Of a stretch of 64,000 nt of DNA, positions 59,165 through 64,000 are shown piece by piece (position 1 is the stretch's first letter; every line of letters starts with the position of its first letter). The stretch is from Naegleria gruberi. Taxonomy: Eukaryota. A model generated the notes under the pieces. That model did no database searches. It was not told the origin of the DNA and saw nothing but the letters and a program-made list of their open reading frames with translations. A program made the translations under genes and the position numbers. The DNA lies in NCBI GenBank assembly GCA_000004985.1, contig GG738926.1; one strand, 5' to 3'.

Positions 59165-59659
59165 GTGGGAGTCCTAATTGATTTTAATTCGTCTAGATTA
59201 GAATGTCAGAATTTGATATCAGACGAATATTTTCCTCTCTGCACACACAAACCTCAAGATCATGATGAATTCTTTGAGAATGAAACTATTCCAACCATTT
59301 CATTCACAAAAGCTCATGATATTTATGCACTTTCGTTTGTAATGACACAACTTGTTACAATTCTATTTTTTGTAATGAGCCACCTTTCAAATATTAATCA
59401 AGCCATCACTCAATTCTTGATTGATTATAGAAATCCAGTTGATAAGGAATGGATATTAAAACAGTGGGAATTTTTATGTAAGGAATCAAATTATATCTTT
59501 AAGAATGCTCAACATTTGGAAATATTTTCACAAATTTCCAAATTTGTTTTCAAATCCTTCGTCTTTTTCCACAAGTTCATATTACGAAAAAGAGTTGCAA
59601 TCCATCAAGCATTCTTTATTAACATAACTCCCATACTATTCGTAAAGTTAAATATTTAA
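59165..59659 (+). CDS. Possible hypothetical protein (164 aa)
   Basis: ORF only, weak. Confidence 0.2.
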   Translation: MGVLIDFNSSRLECQNLISDEYFPLCTHKPQDHDEFFENETIPTISFTKAHDIYALSFVMTQLVTILFFVMSHLSNINQAITQFLIDYRNPVDKEWILKQWEFLCKESNYIFKNAQHLEIFSQISKFVFKSFVFFHKFILRKRVAIHQAFFINITPILFVKLNI

Positions 59660-59714
59660 GAAAAAGGTTTAATACCTGTGGATTTGGAATTGGTGTGTCA
59701 AATATCTTGGGAGT

Positions 59715-60763
59715 TTGAAAAATCCACAAAAAATGTCGAAACATGTTGAAGGTGTGATATTTGCCCTGCTCCTCCCCACGCTTCTCGTCATATTGCAACT
59801 ATGTGAAAACTCTATACAATCAATTGCCATTGGAGGTGGTAAAATTTCTGGAAATGTTGAATTTCCGTTTATGGTTTCCATTCAATATAGATTTGATTCG
59901 GGAGAATTTAATCACTTTTGTGGAGGATCTATTATTTCTAAGCAACACATTCTAACAGCAGGTAATTTGAAGAATTTATTAAAATTAATTGGAATTTGTA
60001 AATGCTAGCTCATTGTTTCTATTCGAAAGGAGAGCTAATTTCTATAGAAAGATTGAGGATTAGATATGGAAGTTCCGATTTATCTTCTAATGATTTATTG
60101 GAAATTATCATTTCTGATCTGTTTATTCATCCAAATTTCACATTAGAAACTAACCGAAATGATATTGCCATTGTGAAAACAATTAATGAATTGGAAATCA
60201 ACAACTCAACCACTCGTATAGCATTCTTAGAATCAGAAACTATACCTAATGGATTTAAATTGATTGCAGTTGGATGGGGATTTTACAATGAACAACAAAC
60301 TTCATTTTCAAACAAATTAAGAAGAGCAAGAATTCCACTCACTTCATTGTTGAATTGTAATGGAATGGGATTGAGAGCTAATTCTCCAAATCAATTATGT
60401 GCTGGCGATGGAGGTGGTGCAGATACTTGTAAGTTGAATTGTTGAATTGAGTTTCGAATATAGGATTGAGGTATTGGAGATAGTGGAGGACCATTATTTA
60501 GATTTGAAGGACTTTTTGATTTTGCATTGGTTGGAATTATCAGTTATGGAAGAGATGTTAAATGTGGCTCAATGAATAGTTTGACAGTTTACACAAATAT
60601 TTCACATTACAATCCCTTTATTGTAAATGTTATTGGAAATGTAACATTTTCTCCCTTTGATCCAAATGCCAATTACAATAGAGCACTAATCAATCACTCA
60701 ATTATTTTACAACTTTCTTATTGGATTATTGGTTTATGCCTTTTATTTCAAACCATTACCTGA
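59715..60763 (+). CDS. Secreted trypsin-like (S1 family) serine protease. Three exons; introns 59962..60008 and 60429..60470.
   Basis: Signal peptide. IGGGKISGNVEFPFMVSIQ...FCGGSIISKQHILTA|AHCF (His). NDIAIVK (Asp). CAGDGGGADTC|IGDSGGPL (Ser). GIISYGRDVKCG. Catalytic-triad motifs become contiguous only after removing two GTAA(T/G)T...AG introns. Confidence 0.75.
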
Positions 60764-61046
60764 ATTGACATGAGATACTTTCCTTTAATGAAATTTGAAT
60801 ATTTCCCATTAATTGGACTTGGGACGTAAAGAAGTAGTTCATTAGAAAACCAAATTGAAAATAAGATTTAGATCAAAAGAGTGAAATGAATTTAAACTTC
60901 TACTGTTGAACTCTTTTAGAAATATCAGTTTCTTCAATTGATTCTCTCTTTCTCTTCTCAGTTTCTTTGAACTGTTCTATTCTCACAATGTTTTCCCACG
61001 AATGAATGCGTATTAGAAATATACATTTGCTGGAAGATCAAAAAAA

Positions 61047-61514
61047 ATGGCAGAAAGCAGTTGGCACGATTTACCTCAAGTTGTTCAATTAGAAATATTC
61101 ACCTTTTTATCAATTAAACATCTCGGAAAGGTTCTTTCTTTGAGCAAGACGATTCAACAACAATTGGACGAAAGTGAATACTTTTGGCAGAAATTATCAG
61201 TCAATTATGCTCGAGTTCTGGATGATCCAAACATTATGGAGCAAACCAAAGCATTAGCAAATGATCAAACTGAAAAGAATCTTCATGAAAAGTATTCGAA
61301 TCATTTCGAATTATTGATGAAAGCAAAAGATAAGAAAAAAGTAGAGTTACAAACCAAGGTAATGGTTGAGAAGAGAAGAAAAAAATTAGAATTGTTGAGA
61401 AGTAGTTTGATGTCAGCACTTTTGACTCGTGCTTCTGGCTCAGAAAAGAAAGAAGAAAAGAAAGAAGAAAATTTCGATTTGGAAAAGGAAATTGAAAAAT
61501 TGCAGTTTGATTGA
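61047..61514 (+). CDS. Small F-box-like protein
   Basis: DLPQVVQLEIFTFLSIKHLGKVLSLSKTIQQQL matches the F-box LPxEIxxxIFxxL pattern. Lys/Glu-rich coiled C-terminus. Confidence 0.5.
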   Translation: MAESSWHDLPQVVQLEIFTFLSIKHLGKVLSLSKTIQQQLDESEYFWQKLSVNYARVLDDPNIMEQTKALANDQTEKNLHEKYSNHFELLMKAKDKKKVELQTKVMVEKRRKKLELLRSSLMSALLTRASGSEKKEEKKEENFDLEKEIEKLQFD

Positions 61515-62825
61515 AATGAGCTCGAGTGTTATTCGAATGATTGGAACTGACTTTCTAATAAAATTTTACAAGGTCACTCAATCATTTTGTATGCGATTTT
61601 TAAAAATAAAGTCTTCATGCTGAGCTATTGTCACAATTCATAACAATAAAAAAAACTGTCAAATGCCAAAAGGTTCCATTAAACTCAAAATTAGTGGTGG
61701 TAGAAGAAGTGGTTACAATAGCAGTAGCTCACACAGATCCGAGGACTCCCAAACTATTTTCACTAATTTTTCAACTTCAAAGAGACAATTTGAGTGTTGT
61801 GAGAATGAATGTCCAGTTCAAGGTGAAGTTGAACCCAAAGTTCAATATGGAAGCATGCTTGAAAGACAAGCACAACTATTTACACAATCCATGCACACAG
61901 GTTTATATGGATATTGTACCAAGAAGGGAATGGATCAGAATGCAATTGTTCCAGCTATTAAGATGGGGAGTCAATATTTGGAAGGAATAAGCAAGAAAAT
62001 TACAAAATTATTCCAATAATAAATGAGTAAAAATCTTTCTCAATCATCTTACAGAAACTTGTATTAGAAATTGACCATTAATAATTTAATAATAGAATAC
62101 AAATTTATAACAGAAACTGATTATTGTAACTTTAATAGATATTTTAGTTGGATGGACCAAAAACAGCTGTTGTAAAATTTTATCACATGATGGAAAGTCC
62201 GAAAATGGGCTGTGAAAAAAAACCATTGTAAACAACATAGACGGTTGACAGAATGACAACTTATTTAAAAAAAAATTAAAAAAAAAGAAAATGTATCACC
62301 ACTTCTTGACTCAGCACTTTGAAACTTGTAGAACTACACTTCTTCCCATCAACAAACCTGTGTTCAATTATTGGTACCAATACCTATTTGACTATACACC
62401 AATATACCAATAATTACAGTGTTGAGTAGAATTGTTCCTTCTCACACCATTACCCAAGTTGTTGGTGCACCATTAAAGCTGTAATAGAGATGAATATTGG
62501 CTCCCACACTTGAAAGCAATTTTTAAATTGCACAAAGTTTGTGAGATTTGCACACCACCAACAGTGATATGAGCACAATCACGATTGATGATTTGACTTG
62601 AAAAAATGGAGATTCTATAAATGGTTGAATTGGGCGAAAATTAAGAAATTGTAATCAGTAACACTATAAGTTGAGAAAATCACGTCCCTGGATGGTGATT
62701 GCGTGAGTGACATTAAAATAATCGATGATTACTTCAGTGATGTCACAGCCCCATTAAGCTTTCATTTACTAAATTGATTGTGGAATGGAAACTCAATGGC
62801 ACCTTGTGGATTTTAAATAGATTGT

Positions 62826-63302
62826 TTGTTTAAACTAAAGCTTAAAAAAACAACAGAAATGAAAATTGCAGAGATTTTAAATTATATCCAACATTCACAC
62901 AGGTATAATCATGATGATATTAATTATTTGTGCGGGTACTTTGCCATTGTGCAAGACGGAAAGAGGGGAATAGATATTTCTGCAACCAATATTCGTGCGT
63001 TTCTCGACACACTTCTCAAGACCCCAAAAGGTGAAGTTACAAAACTATTTTGGTACGGAAACTATGGCGGCCCAGGTACCAACTCAACACTGCTTCCAAT
63101 AGATGCTCTTGATGCAGCATGTCTATTTCATGATAAATACTTGCCAAAAGATAGGTTTCAAGACCTTACAAAATTTATTAGACGTCATTTCGGTGCACAA
63201 AATTGCTCAACAGACGCAAATTGGTATATCGATAGAATCAATGGTTTATTTTTTAGTTACGTAGAACCTGTTTATATGAATTGGTTTGTGTCAAAGAGCT
63301 AA
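62826..63302 (+). CDS. Secretory-phospholipase-A2-like small protein (Ca-loop YGNYGGPG and catalytic HDxxY motifs)
   Basis: WYGNYGGPGTNSTLLPIDALDAACLFHDKYL resembles the sPLA2 Ca2+-binding loop (Y-G-x-Y-x-G-x-G) followed by the C-x-x-H-D-x-x-Y active site. No clear signal peptide. Confidence 0.5.
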   Translation: MFKLKLKKTTEMKIAEILNYIQHSHRYNHDDINYLCGYFAIVQDGKRGIDISATNIRAFLDTLLKTPKGEVTKLFWYGNYGGPGTNSTLLPIDALDAACLFHDKYLPKDRFQDLTKFIRRHFGAQNCSTDANWYIDRINGLFFSYVEPVYMNWFVSKS

Positions 63303-63505
63303 GCTTATTATTGAAAAGTGTGCTCATCAAGAATACAACCAATTCAATATTAAAGCTTTGAATTAAATTTTAAATTAAAAAATCAAAAAAAATTCATCAC
63401 AGCACCCGAAAGATTCACATTTTGATGCTTTTTTGATATCCATCATTGAAACCTTTTTTGAAATTTAATAATTTATTATATAGATAATAATACATACAAG
63501 AATAA

Positions 63506-64000
63506 TGGAAGCAAACAAGGACTCTGCCATTCAATGTTTGCATATGGCAAAAGAATCAATTACCGATGCTTCTAATTCATCTCATCCCGAGGCTTGTTAT
63601 GATAAAGCAATTCGATTGATAAATAAGGCCAAGAAGTTGTATGAAGATGTAAATCCCTCTCATCACGGATTTGATAAAAATTTAAAATCAATTGATGATT
63701 TACTTGGATATGTTTTAACGAAAAAACATCAACATGGTCCTCATCATCAATCAAGTGCTGCTAGTAGCAGCAGTTCATCAACAACTCCATCATCTTCAAG
63801 AAGTAATAATCAAGAATCTTCTTCATCATCAGGTAATGAAAGTGGTAATGATTCATCTCCAACATATACAAAAGAACAAAAAGATGAAGTTCTTAAAATA
63901 ATTTCCTACAAGGACGATTACTACAAAGTTTTGGGAGTTGACAAGAAGGCAACCAAGGATGAAATTAAAAAGGCATATAGAAAATTAGCTTTGAAATTTC
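63506..64000 (+). CDS. DnaJ (Hsp40) homolog, DNAJB12/14-like; 3' end runs off the window
   Basis: N-terminal MEANKDSAIQCLHMAKESI... (DNAJB12/14-type leader). Ser-rich linker. J-domain start DYYKVLGVDKKATKDEIKKAYRKLALKF. Confidence 0.75.

Noticed and set aside
61628-62019. Two overlapping ORFs (120 and 118 aa) in different frames
   Set aside because: Neither has a recognisable motif, and their mutual overlap suggests at most one is real. Left unannotated pending transcript data.

Overview
This is a gene-dense, AT-rich eukaryotic window (not prokaryotic; no operons or CRISPR). Coding sequence is full of poly-Asn/Gln/Ser/Thr tracts, and introns are tiny (about 40-65 nt, GTAAGT...AG). The gene content (IP3-receptor-like channel, kelch-kinase, 7TM receptors with Cys-rich ectodomains, ponticulin-like small GPI proteins) points to a dictyostelid-type social amoeba. 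Intergenic GC is higher than in D. discoideum, so it is probably another dictyostelid. Two assembly gaps (49 N at 792-840; about 2.3 kb of N at 5057-7380) interrupt the window.

Recognisable genes:
- Signalling and enzymes: a PI4KIIIalpha/Stt4-type PI 4-kinase (5' partial, with a frameshift in a (TGG)8 run), a kelch-repeat Ser/Thr kinase, a PFA-DSP/Siw14-type phosphatase, a PAS-PAS class III (adenylyl-type) cyclase, an RGS-like protein, a TBC Rab-GAP, a three-exon trypsin-like serine protease, a secretory-PLA2-like small protein, and a mitochondrial acyl carrier protein.
- Channels and membrane proteins: a single-exon 2777-aa IP3-receptor-like Ca2+ channel, an NHL-repeat + EGF-like transmembrane protein, and a tandem pair of 7TM receptors.
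- Other recognisable domains: an LRR (RNI-like) protein, a BTB/T1 + Sel1-repeat protein, an F-box protein, and a 3'-truncated DNAJB12/14-like J-protein.
- RNA genes: tRNA-Asn(GTT) and tRNA-Arg(TCT).
- Several hypothetical proteins.

The most interesting unexplained structure is a fast-evolving paralog family of small low-complexity proteins. They share an N-terminal K-x-S-x-V-E/Q-F motif, an RGRP AT-hook, a P-Y-E-N/S motif and a strictly conserved C-terminal I-I-R-T-S-I-S-I-K/N-D/E-L-L-N-stop tail. Three intact copies and one decayed pseudogene lie in tandem at 9.4-14.5 kb, immediately upstream of the tRNA-Asn gene, and a fifth copy is inverted at 30.3-31.0 kb. A chimeric ~270-bp duplicated gene fragment also sits just upstream of the tRNA-Arg gene.
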